This document shows positions 15,948-24,010 of a stretch of 32,000 bases of DNA, piece by piece. Each line of letters begins with the position of its first letter. The first letter of the stretch is position 1. The notes below the pieces were generated by a model, which saw only the letters and a program-made list of their open reading frames with translations, had not been told where the DNA came from and made no database searches. The DNA is taken from the NCBI GenBank assembly GCA_001761425.1, contig CP012986.1, forward strand, positions 900,001 through 932,000. The letters are read 5' to 3'. Source of the DNA: Candidatus Saccharimonadota bacterium (lineage in GTDB: Archaea; Nanohalarchaeota; Nanosalinia; Nanosalinales; Nanosalinaceae). Both the position numbers and the translations under genes were made by a program.

Positions 15948-16064
15948 AAATAATTCACCTCTAAATCAGATACACAGAATCGATTATCCCAATGCACCTG
16001 TAACAAGGTTAGTCTCCTGCAAACCTTTTAAAACAAGCAGATAGGAAAGAACAAGGAAAAGGCC

Positions 16065-16463
16065 TTAAACCGGTGTTCTGGCACCGCAGGCCTGACATTT
16101 CAGGATTTCTACTCCTTTCTCCTTTCGGATCTCGGTATCAGGCCTTTCACACTCCGGACAGAAAAGATATTCATCAGCGTAGTTATGGACTTTTTCATTG
16201 ACTTTTCCTCTTCTGAACTCTCCGTTCAGTACGAGTTCGTCGCCTTCGATGTGTCCTGCTGTTCCAAGCTCGTTCTGGATGTAGTTGGACAGATGCTTTT
16301 CATCCCTGTTAAACCTCTCGACAAGGCCTTTGAATTCTTCGATGATGGTCTGGGAGCCTTCTTTCCTGGTCTTTATCTCCGGGATTTCAAACCTGTTCTC
16401 AGATCCTATATCCTCAGGTACTTCTTCCTGTCCTTTCTCCAGTAGGTCTTCGTAGTCGCTCAT
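16065..16463 (-). CDS. eif2b: translation initiation factor aIF-2 beta subunit
   Basis: 132-aa ORF with the C-terminal zinc ribbon CPECERPDT...CQACG and a core typical of aIF2-beta (IQNELGTAGHIEGDELVLNG). GGTGAAC lies 8-12 nt upstream. Confidence 0.9.
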   Translation of the reverse strand: MSDYEDLLEKGQEEVPEDIGSENRFEIPEIKTRKEGSQTIIEEFKGLVERFNRDEKHLSNYIQNELGTAGHIEGDELVLNGEFRRGKVNEKVHNYADEYLFCPECERPDTEIRKEKGVEILKCQACGARTPV

Positions 16464-16491
16464 TTTTTGTTCACCTTAGTATTTCTGTGAT

Positions 16492-17238
16492 TTACAGTTT
16501 CTTTATTTTGCCTGGCTGTGGTTCGTAGCAGGTTCCGTCGCTGAGGAGGCCGTTGATGGTGTCTTCGAGTTTGTCTTCTGGTTCGTCGATTCCGTCGACG
16601 ATTTCTGAGTAGTCTGCGCCGTCTCCTTCGTCGAGGTCTTCTATTGCTTCGAGGACTTCTCTTTCGAGGTTTTCCATGTCCTGTTCTGTGCCTGCGTTGT
16701 CGAATGTTTCTCCGAAGCTCTGTAGCAGTGCGTCGATTTCGTCTTCGTCCAGCTTTCCTGCCATTTCTTTTTCGATTTCTTCCTGGTCTTTACCGCTTTC
16801 TTTTAGCTGTTTGACGGTTTCTCTCATCTGGCTCCATTGTTCGTCTGTTTTCTTTTTTCTGAGCTGGTGGAGGAGTTCTTTTTCGACTTCCGACTTCTTC
16901 AGTACTTCTCCGTCGAGGTAGATCTGTCCCTGGTATTCACGGACTTTTCCTACAACTTCAATGATGTCGCCGATCTCGTAGTCTTCCATGCGCTGTACTT
17001 CGTTGAAGAACTTGATCTGTGTAGTATCATTTCCGTCGTCGATAGTCAGGGAGCCGTATGTCTCATCATCGTTGATGAAGGAATCAACTACTGTTCCGAC
17101 CAGTCTTGCGCGTGAGAGCCTTCTGCCTTCAACAGTTAAAAGGAAATTAGGCTCGAAACCCTCTCTCTGAAAGTATTTTCCTTTGTTGAGTTCATCAGTA
17201 TCGGTCATTTTCGCGGTCTGTCTCTTCTGCTGAGGCAT
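16492..17238 (-). CDS. RPA32/Stn1-like OB-fold protein with acidic linker and C-terminal winged helix
   Basis: 248-aa ORF.
- **OB-fold segment:** RARLVGTVVDSFINDDETYGSLTIDDGNDTTQIKFF...GDIIEVVGKVREYQGQIYL.
- **Linker:** a long acidic stretch.
- **C-terminus:** LLSDGTCYEPQPGKIKKL resembles the MCM winged-helix C-terminus next door. Confidence 0.55.
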   Translation of the reverse strand: MPQQKRQTAKMTDTDELNKGKYFQREGFEPNFLLTVEGRRLSRARLVGTVVDSFINDDETYGSLTIDDGNDTTQIKFFNEVQRMEDYEIGDIIEVVGKVREYQGQIYLDGEVLKKSEVEKELLHQLRKKKTDEQWSQMRETVKQLKESGKDQEEIEKEMAGKLDEDEIDALLQSFGETFDNAGTEQDMENLEREVLEAIEDLDEGDGADYSEIVDGIDEPEDKLEDTINGLLSDGTCYEPQPGKIKKL

Positions 17239-17269
17239 ACTAGTTAATTGTTCGAAAAAACTTTAGTAC

Positions 17270-17524
17270 GTGACTAAGGAAAAACTCTCCATGGTATCAG
17301 AAAAGCAGAAAACAGAACTGGGCGAAGCACTCATAGGCATCGGATTCGTCCAGGTAACTTTCTCACTCCCATTCATACCCCTGAACCCGTTTTCCTTACT
17401 GCTTTCGCCACTGGAACTACCTACCACACACGTACTCGCTGTTTCAGGAGTAACAGGTTTCATCCTGTTCCTGACAGGAGTCGAACTCTGGAAAAGAAAC
17501 AGAACACACTGGAAAGATATCTAG
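17270..17524 (+). CDS. candidate small membrane protein (2 TM)
   Basis: 84-aa ORF with a GTG start and an alternative ATG at 17291. It has two hydrophobic segments. It is convergent with mcm and overlaps it by 4 nt. An opposing 66-aa ORF is present, so coding status is uncertain. Confidence 0.35.
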   Translation: MTKEKLSMVSEKQKTELGEALIGIGFVQVTFSLPFIPLNPFSLLLSPLELPTTHVLAVSGVTGFILFLTGVELWKRNRTHWKDI

Positions 17525-19509
17525 ATCTTCTGAACGTGGCCCTGCTGAGGCTCAAACAGCTCTCCTTCACGCTTCAGCTTCTCGATGATCTCCTCCGCCT
17601 TATCCTCAGATATACCTTCCCCATCAGCCCTCTCAAGCACTTCCTCGATCTCGGCAGAATCACCGTCAGCCAGCTCCTCTATAATATGCTTGATAGTCTG
17701 CAAACGATTCCTCTGGGAACTGGAAACACCTGACTCAATCATATCGATATCGAACTCACCAGTCTCCGGATCCATACCTACAAGCTTCAGAGAGTAAGTC
17801 AAAAGATCTATAGCTCTTTCAGCATCCTCAACAGTAACCTCATCCCTCAAATGCGCACGTGCAGAGGCCTCAGCAGTTCTCACTGTTGCCTCGAGCTGTC
17901 TCGCAGTTATAGGTACTCCTCCGCCTTCATCGTCGCCTTCCTGACGCATGGAAACGTAGAACTCCTGTATCTTGTCCGAGGCCTCTCTGCTAAGTTGAGG
18001 CCTTTTGTTCTTTTTTGCGAAGGCCACGTATTTCCTGAGTTTTTCGCCTGTGATATCGGGATTGGTCTCCTCTGGCTCGATGTGGTTCTGTAGGATCGCA
18101 TCAGCCAGTTCTGTGTCCCTCTCTTTGTCCGGTTCATCCATGACCGGGAAGATAAAGTCGAACCTGGAAAGCAGTGTATCTCCGATGCTGATCTGTTCTG
18201 CGACAGGCTCATAGGGATCGAACCTTCCCAGTTTCGGGTTACCTGCTGCAAGTATGCTTGTTTCCGCGTTCAAAGTTGCCTGGATGTTGGCCTTCGAGAC
18301 GGAGATCTGCTGTTGCTCCATCGCTTCGTGGAGGCTTGAACGGTCTTCCTTATCCATTTTGTCGATCTCGTCGATCGCTGCCATTCCTTTGTGTGCGAGG
18401 ACAACTGCACCGGCTTCAAGCGAGAACTCGCCAGTAGATTCTTCCTTAACTACCGAGGCTGTAAGGCCTGCTCCTGTACTGCTTTTTCCTACGACATAGC
18501 GTCCTTTTGGAGCGATCTCTCCTGTGAACTTCAGTAGCTGGGACTTACCTGTTCCTGGCTCACCGATTAGTAGTATATGAAGGTCTCCACGGCTTTTGAC
18601 ACCGTCATCCCTCGTCTTCTTCACTCCTCCGAACATCTGGAGAGCAATAGCTTCCTTGATACGGTCATGACCGTATATGCTCGGTGCTATAGAATCATTT
18701 ATCTGCTGAAATATATCCTCCCGCTCTGACATAGTTTTGATCTCGTCGATCTCTTCCTGGGAAAGTTCCAGCTGTTCGAACTCCTGCTGCGTCGGGTTAA
18801 CGTGCGAGGCCTCCATGTAGATATCGTATTTTTTCGAATCTTTCTGTAGAGGCGTCTCCCTCATTACTCCTGTTACTTCGACGACGTTTCCGGGAACTAC
18901 ACGTTTCTGGAACTCTGGATCCACCAGATCTCCTTCAAGACGGACGGAAAGACTTGTAGGCTGTTCTGAACCTTCTCTCGACTCCGGGTTCTCCTCCAGG
19001 GTCACCACCTGGGTATCTGTCATTATTTTTTCCTGGACCTCGAATTTTTTCGATCCGCAGTCGCATTTGTAAGGCGATTTCAGCTTGGACGAGTCCTGTT
19101 CCTTCTCGTAAAGGTCTCCGCACTGAACGCATTCGAAGACGGCAGAAACCACTTCCGGCTTGACCTGTGAGGCCCTCTTGATCATTCCCTCGATAGGAAT
19201 GAACCTTCCTATGTGCTCGGAACGCAGATTTTTCAGAAGAACAAACTCGTGTTCAGGGAAGTTGCTGAATCTGACAGTCAAATCCTCAGAGGTGACCTGT
19301 TCATGGACCTGAAGGCCTTCCTCAGCTGCCCCTATACCGTTTTCCGGTTTGTCGTGGAGGTAGTCTGTTACATCAGGGCTGAACATGTCAAGTTGCTGGT
19401 AGTCAACTACTATGGCATCGTCTCCGTCCTTGACCGCTTCCGATACCTCTGCATAGTAGCTCTCGGAGAAAAATTCCTCGAACTCGTTGACTGCCTCCCC
19501 GTAGTCCAT
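17521..19509 (-). CDS. mcm: minichromosome maintenance (MCM) replicative helicase
   Basis: 662-aa ORF with the zinc motif CVQCG...CDCG, Walker A GEPGTGKSQLL, Walker B IDEIDKM, the arginine finger SRFD and a C-terminal winged helix. Confidence 0.97.
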   Translation of the reverse strand: MDYGEAVNEFEEFFSESYYAEVSEAVKDGDDAIVVDYQQLDMFSPDVTDYLHDKPENGIGAAEEGLQVHEQVTSEDLTVRFSNFPEHEFVLLKNLRSEHIGRFIPIEGMIKRASQVKPEVVSAVFECVQCGDLYEKEQDSSKLKSPYKCDCGSKKFEVQEKIMTDTQVVTLEENPESREGSEQPTSLSVRLEGDLVDPEFQKRVVPGNVVEVTGVMRETPLQKDSKKYDIYMEASHVNPTQQEFEQLELSQEEIDEIKTMSEREDIFQQINDSIAPSIYGHDRIKEAIALQMFGGVKKTRDDGVKSRGDLHILLIGEPGTGKSQLLKFTGEIAPKGRYVVGKSSTGAGLTASVVKEESTGEFSLEAGAVVLAHKGMAAIDEIDKMDKEDRSSLHEAMEQQQISVSKANIQATLNAETSILAAGNPKLGRFDPYEPVAEQISIGDTLLSRFDFIFPVMDEPDKERDTELADAILQNHIEPEETNPDITGEKLRKYVAFAKKNKRPQLSREASDKIQEFYVSMRQEGDDEGGGVPITARQLEATVRTAEASARAHLRDEVTVEDAERAIDLLTYSLKLVGMDPETGEFDIDMIESGVSSSQRNRLQTIKHIIEELADGDSAEIEEVLERADGEGISEDKAEEIIEKLKREGELFEPQQGHVQKI

Positions 19510-19569
19510 AACTGTAAATCCGTCGCCAAATGATAAAAAGTGAAAACAATTCAGGTCAAAGGCCTTAAC

Positions 19570-19884
19570 ATGTCAGATAAAGAAGTGCTTTCAGAGGATG
19601 AGATAACGGAAAAACTGGGCGAACTGAGGATCTGGGGTGTTGAATCACTGGACCAGGACCGCCTTGTATGCAGAGTCGAGTTCGATAACTACCGGGATGC
19701 CGTTTTCTTCGCCAGCGGAGTCTTTTCTCTCGCCGAGAAACAGTTCCACCACCCAGAGGTCAAAGTAGAGTACGGAGCAGTATCCATAGACCTTTACACA
19801 CATGACGCAGAAGGCCTTACCGAGAAAGACTTTGAACTCGCAGAAAAAATTGAGGAACTGGTCGGAGACACGGACTGGAGCTAG
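19570..19884 (+). CDS. pterin-4-alpha-carbinolamine dehydratase (PCD/DCoH) family protein
   Basis: The signatures are F.NYRDAVFFASGVFSLAEKQFHHPEV and DLYTHDAEGLTEKDFELA. I prefer the ATG at 19570 to the GTG at 19540. Confidence 0.8.
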   Translation: MSDKEVLSEDEITEKLGELRIWGVESLDQDRLVCRVEFDNYRDAVFFASGVFSLAEKQFHHPEVKVEYGAVSIDLYTHDAEGLTEKDFELAEKIEELVGDTDWS

Positions 19885-20480
19885 TTTTCAGGTCTTAGAA
19901 GGCTCAGTTCCTGCCACAGTAAATCAAGAGGGTAGGCCTCCCCTTCCCTGTACTGATCCAGGATTTCCTTCCTGTTTTCCTCTCTAAGCTGGAGGCCTTG
20001 AATTTCTTCTTTGTCCTTGAAATCTGTTTCAATTATGTCGTCTTCAAGCTCTTCCGTCTTCTTTTCCCCTAGTTCTCCTTTGAACACGAATACTATAGTT
20101 TCAGTGTTGTCTGCGTTGCTTGCTCCTTTGTAGAGGCCTATAAGGCCTGTGATCTCTGTTTTAAAGCCTGTTTCTTCGAGGACTTCTCTCTTGGCGGATT
20201 CTGTTACTTTTTCTCCTTCTTCGAGGCCTCCTCCGGGGAGGTCCCAGGTATTTTTTATGTGTTCTTTGGCTTCTTTGACCATCAGGATTTCTCCCTGTTC
20301 GTTTTCTATAATGGTTTTTGTTGCGGAGTAGAAAACTATGAGGCCTCGCCTTTGAGAGTTTAGAAATAGAAAAAATATGTGTGTGGAGCTATTCGAGTGC
20401 TCCGATGTCTTTGAGGTTCTCTTCCAGAACGCTGATGCCTTCTTTAACGTCTTCGTAAGTTTTTCCTCCTGTGCATACAA
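19881..20480 (-). CDS. Nudix hydrolase
   Basis: Canonical Nudix box GGGLEEGEKVTESAKREVLEETGF. The start is uncertain: the only in-frame ATG/GTG/TTG upstream of the first beta-strand is the TTG at 20480, which lies 92 nt inside tbp. Confidence 0.8.
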   Translation of the reverse strand: MYAQEEKLTKTLKKASAFWKRTSKTSEHSNSSTHIFFLFLNSQRRGLIVFYSATKTIIENEQGEILMVKEAKEHIKNTWDLPGGGLEEGEKVTESAKREVLEETGFKTEITGLIGLYKGASNADNTETIVFVFKGELGEKKTEELEDDIIETDFKDKEEIQGLQLREENRKEILDQYREGEAYPLDLLWQELSLLRPEN

Positions 20481-20940
20481 GGTTTCCTGAGGAAAACAGC
20501 AGGAATACTACTTCTGGTTCTTCAAGCCTGTATACGAGGCCTGGGAACTGCTCAGGTTCGTACTCTGTTCCTACGAGTTCGAATGCAATCCTGTTCAGGT
20601 TAAGTGTTCCTGGAAGCTGACTGCTTGCTACGATGTTCTGTACCGTCACTTCCGGTTTCACGTCGATTTCGACGTCTGCTTCTCTCAGCTCGTCGATGAT
20701 CTTGTGTGTCGCTTCCTTTGCCTGTTCCGGACTTTTTGTACCGGTACAGACTACTTTTCCTGATCCGAACAGCAGGGCTGCTGCTTTAGGATCTTCCAGT
20801 CTGTAGACCAGGCCTGGGAACTGCTCAGGCTCGTATTCCGTGTTTTTGAGGTAGATCGCTATTCTGTCGAGAGGAAGCCTCTGGTTAAAAGTTGCAGAGG
20901 CGACCACGTTCTGAATTTCAATTTCGTCGTCTTCAACCAT
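20389..20940 (-). CDS. tbp: TATA-box binding protein
   Basis: 183-aa ORF with two direct repeats, each containing TEYEPEQFPGLVYRL and (F)GSGK/SSGN-VCTG. AGGTGAAC lies 11-15 nt upstream. Confidence 0.97.
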   Translation of the reverse strand: MVEDDEIEIQNVVASATFNQRLPLDRIAIYLKNTEYEPEQFPGLVYRLEDPKAAALLFGSGKVVCTGTKSPEQAKEATHKIIDELREADVEIDVKPEVTVQNIVASSQLPGTLNLNRIAFELVGTEYEPEQFPGLVYRLEEPEVVFLLFSSGNLVCTGGKTYEDVKEGISVLEENLKDIGALE

Positions 20941-20968
20941 TTTTCTTTGTTCACCTTTTAATGAGTCG

Positions 20969-21026
20969 TTTAAATACTATATAACCGGTTTATAAAGGAA
21001 CTCTTATAAAGATACTTATAAAGGAA
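20969..21026. promoter_or_regulatory. cluster of TATA-like elements upstream of tbp, including three tandem TTATAAAG(G/A)A units
   Basis: TTTAAATACTATATAA at 20969-20985 lies 30-45 nt upstream of the tbp ATG. It is followed by TTTATAAAGGAA (20989-21000), CTTATAAAGATA (21003-21014) and CTTATAAAGGAA (21015-21026). Confidence 0.5.
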
Positions 21027-21096
21027 AAGTTCCCGGGACGTGTGAAAAGGCGTTGAATACGGAGTTAGAGAGAATATAGGGAGATTTAAGAGGGCT

Positions 21097-21672
21097 TTAC
21101 TTGGCCTTGTTCTTGTTAGCTGCCTGTGAAGGCCTTACCTTCTCTGCTCCTGTGCCTTTGTTGTCTTGGCCTCTGGAGCTTTTTGCTGCAGGAGTCAGGC
21201 CTTCTTCTGCCCTGTTTCTGTTTTCTGTGATCCAGTTAATATCATCGTCTGCCTGGATCGTTGGTTCTTCTGGGTCTACCATGATGACTTCGAACCATCT
21301 GCGGTTTCCGTCTTCCAGTACCCAGTAGCTGTCGAGAACTTCGAGGTTGGAGAAGTTTCTGGATGCTCTCTGTTCTGCGATTACCTGTTTGCTTTTCTTG
21401 CTTGAGTACCTATTCTGTCCTGCGTTTTTGGGCTTTCTTCCTGCTGTGAGGCGTTCTCTTTTGCTGCCTCCTTTGTCTATCTGTACTCTTACTACGCTGA
21501 ATCCTTTCTTGGCTTTGTATCCCTGTGTTCTTGCCTTTGGGATTCTTGTCGGGTTGTCCACGTTCTTTATTTTTTCTTCCTGTCTCCATTCTACCAGTCT
21601 CTGCTTCCATATTTCGTCTAGGTTCTCTTTAGGCTGCTCGTACTGTTCACGTGCGTACTTGTAATAGGTCAT
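21097..21672 (-). CDS. rpl15e: 50S ribosomal protein L15e (eL15)
   Basis: MTYYKYAREQY...KARTQGYKAKKGFSVVRVQIDKGG...SYWVLEDGNRRWFEVIMVDP is the typical L15e pattern. I chose the internal ATG at 21672; the track ORF extends to 21747. Confidence 0.9.
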   Translation of the reverse strand: MTYYKYAREQYEQPKENLDEIWKQRLVEWRQEEKIKNVDNPTRIPKARTQGYKAKKGFSVVRVQIDKGGSKRERLTAGRKPKNAGQNRYSSKKSKQVIAEQRASRNFSNLEVLDSYWVLEDGNRRWFEVIMVDPEEPTIQADDDINWITENRNRAEEGLTPAAKSSRGQDNKGTGAEKVRPSQAANKNKAK

Positions 21673-21789
21673 ATCTGGACAACTCGTACCATCAAGATGT
21701 CGGAAAAACATTATAAACCCTACCGAGATGTGCCCCAGTGATAACAAAACACATATAAGAGCTATTTGTCATTGTCTAGTTGTGATACC

Positions 21790-22164
21790 ATGCATCCAGC
21801 AATCAAAATACTTGTAGGCGCGTTGATGGTCGTACTAGGAATATTCTCTCTAACACTGCCGGACTTCTTCCAGGCCTTTGTGAACCTTGTAAAGGGTGGA
21901 ATAGGGCCTATCCTGATTCTGGTCGGAGCATTCATCATCTGGCTGGAAAGCGACGAATGGAAGATGAGAAGAAGCGAGCAAAAAGAAGAGAGAAACATGG
22001 GCGTACAGCAGCAGCTTCAGGAAGAAGTAAAAGAAAGAAAACAGGCCTCAAAAGAGGATGAGACAGAGGAAGCTGAAGACGATAAACACGCATGCCCACA
22101 GTGTGGAAAGGAATTCGACACAGAAAGAGGAATGAAGATCCACCAGGCCCAGAAACACGACTAA
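21790..22164 (+). CDS. membrane-anchored protein with C-terminal C2H2 zinc finger
   Basis: Two N-terminal TM segments are followed by an acidic/K-rich linker and a canonical Cx2Cx12Hx4H finger (CPQCGKEFDTERGMKIHQAQKH). I prefer the ATG at 21790 to the TTG at 21766. An AACCTT-CTGGA-AAGGTT hairpin follows the stop (22166-22182). Confidence 0.65.
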   Translation: MHPAIKILVGALMVVLGIFSLTLPDFFQAFVNLVKGGIGPILILVGAFIIWLESDEWKMRRSEQKEERNMGVQQQLQEEVKERKQASKEDETEEAEDDKHACPQCGKEFDTERGMKIHQAQKHD

Positions 22165-22270
22165 CAACCTTCTGGAAAGGTTGGCCATCAGGAACCATGC
22201 GCTCAGTGGACCACTCACATTCTTCACTTATCTCTTCTCTTTTATCCTGTGTAGAGAATTATGGAGAAAA

Positions 22271-23944
22271 CTAGTTCTGATCTTGGTAGAGGCCTTTTAT
22301 TTTTTCCAGAGAATCTGCTTTTTCCTTGTCTTCCCGGAACTGTTTCATCCTCGGGAAACGCAGTGCGTAGCCCGATGAGTATGTAGGACTTTCTTGGATC
22401 TCTTCATACTCTGCTTCCACTATGACTTCAGGCCTTACATCGACTTTTCTTCCTTCTTCATTTGTTATCAAGGGCTTCAGTTTTTCTGTGATTTCTTGGA
22501 ACTGTTCATCGGTGAGGCCTGTCGCCATTTTTCCGACTTCCAGGTATTCATTGTTTTCCTTGTCGTAACAGCCGAGGAAAAGACGTCCGAGCCAGTTGCT
22601 TCTTCTTCCCTCGCTCCATTTCGCGCCGACGATGGCGAGGTCCAGTGTCTCCATCACAGGCTTTAACTTGACCATGTATCCGACCCGGTTGCCGGGTTTG
22701 TACTCAGCTTCAAGATTCTTCATCATGATACCTTCGTGTCCGTCACTTAGAGAGGCCTGTTGCATCTCCTGTACACGCTCTGCCTCCAAGGTGATATCGT
22801 TATCAACTAACTTCATCTCTTCCTCCTGTTCGTTAACTACAGACTTGAGTTTTTCCCAGCGCTCGCTGTAAGGCCTCTGAAGGATCGGTTCATCCAGGTA
22901 AATCAGGTCGAAAGGCCTTACCTCGACAGGTATCTCTTCTTTGAGCTTCTGGATATCGTATTTTCTCTTTATCCTTTTCGATAGCCTCTGGAACGGTATC
23001 ATACCGCCGTCCTCGGGGTCGTAACCGACGATCTCAGTATCAAGTATACAGTTATCTGATTCGATGTTCTCCTCCACTGCCTCAACCACGTCCGGGAACT
23101 GCTCCGTGACATCATCTAATCGGCGGGTGAAGACCTTGACCTCGCCCTCCTTCACATGTATCTGAGCTCTCATCCCATCGTACTTGTAATTGATAGATGC
23201 AGGTTCTCCGACCTCCTCAAACCCTTCCTCGATAGTATCGACGTTTTTCGCAAGCATTGATTTCACAGGCCTGTAAAGCTCAAGCTCAAGGGAGTTAACC
23301 TGTTCAAGGCCTTCACGACAAGCTTTTGCCACCTCCGCAAAGTCATTGGAGAAATCATATGCTTTCTGTATGTCTTCGAAGTGTTTTCCATCGAAGAAGG
23401 CCTCGGAAAGAGCGTCTCTAATTGTTCCTTCACCGACTCCGAGGCGTAGATTGTTTATGATTATCCTTGCGAGGTATTTTGCTTCTCTCGGTTCCGATGA
23501 GGAGATGAGGTCGGCCAGTTCCTTCTGTTTCTTGTCCTGGTTGACTGAGGAGTTGAGGCCTTCGCTTTCCATCTCTGCTACTTTCTGCATGCGTTCAAAG
23601 GTCTTCTGTACTGTTATTTCCTGACTCATAAGTCTTTGCTGTGTCTTTTTTTCGACCATCGTCTGTGCTGCGAGGCCTAGGTCTCCCTGTTCTTTCCATT
23701 CTTTTTCTACTTCTTTTTCGCTTCTTCCTGTGGCTTTTGATATTATCTTTACGAGCGTCTTTGAGGATACGCCTAAGTCCAGGTCTTTCCATGCGGGGAA
23801 CGGTGTTCCTGTACACATCAGGACTACCTGAGGTAGCTGTTCTCCTGATTCCTCGAATAGTTCGGCCAGGATATCTGTCTTTTCCAGTGTCTTCTGTGTC
23901 TGGTCCAGTTTTTCGAAGGCCTCTGTGATTTTTGAGAATTCCAT
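22271..23944 (-). CDS. lig: ATP-dependent DNA ligase
   Basis: 557-aa ORF with the adenylation motif I KYDGMRAQIH, motif EGIMMK, motif V-like MVKLKP and a C-terminal OB domain. Confidence 0.95.
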   Translation of the reverse strand: MEFSKITEAFEKLDQTQKTLEKTDILAELFEESGEQLPQVVLMCTGTPFPAWKDLDLGVSSKTLVKIISKATGRSEKEVEKEWKEQGDLGLAAQTMVEKKTQQRLMSQEITVQKTFERMQKVAEMESEGLNSSVNQDKKQKELADLISSSEPREAKYLARIIINNLRLGVGEGTIRDALSEAFFDGKHFEDIQKAYDFSNDFAEVAKACREGLEQVNSLELELYRPVKSMLAKNVDTIEEGFEEVGEPASINYKYDGMRAQIHVKEGEVKVFTRRLDDVTEQFPDVVEAVEENIESDNCILDTEIVGYDPEDGGMIPFQRLSKRIKRKYDIQKLKEEIPVEVRPFDLIYLDEPILQRPYSERWEKLKSVVNEQEEEMKLVDNDITLEAERVQEMQQASLSDGHEGIMMKNLEAEYKPGNRVGYMVKLKPVMETLDLAIVGAKWSEGRRSNWLGRLFLGCYDKENNEYLEVGKMATGLTDEQFQEITEKLKPLITNEEGRKVDVRPEVIVEAEYEEIQESPTYSSGYALRFPRMKQFREDKEKADSLEKIKGLYQDQN

Positions 23945-24010
23945 GTTAGTTGGTGGGTCTGAAAAAGGTTTAAACTGTATGGACCTAAATTACTGTTAGG
24001 AGGCGAATAG

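Noticed and set aside
16676-17170. Plus-strand ORFs inside the OB-fold/WH gene, and similar ORFs inside mcm (17536-18499), lig (22394-23928), sppA (25769-26248), elp3 (26781-27455), cca (30381-31440) and aIF5A (31597-31983)
   Set aside because: All are antisense or alternative-frame shadows of genes with strong family signatures. Their S/L/F/C-rich translations carry no motif.
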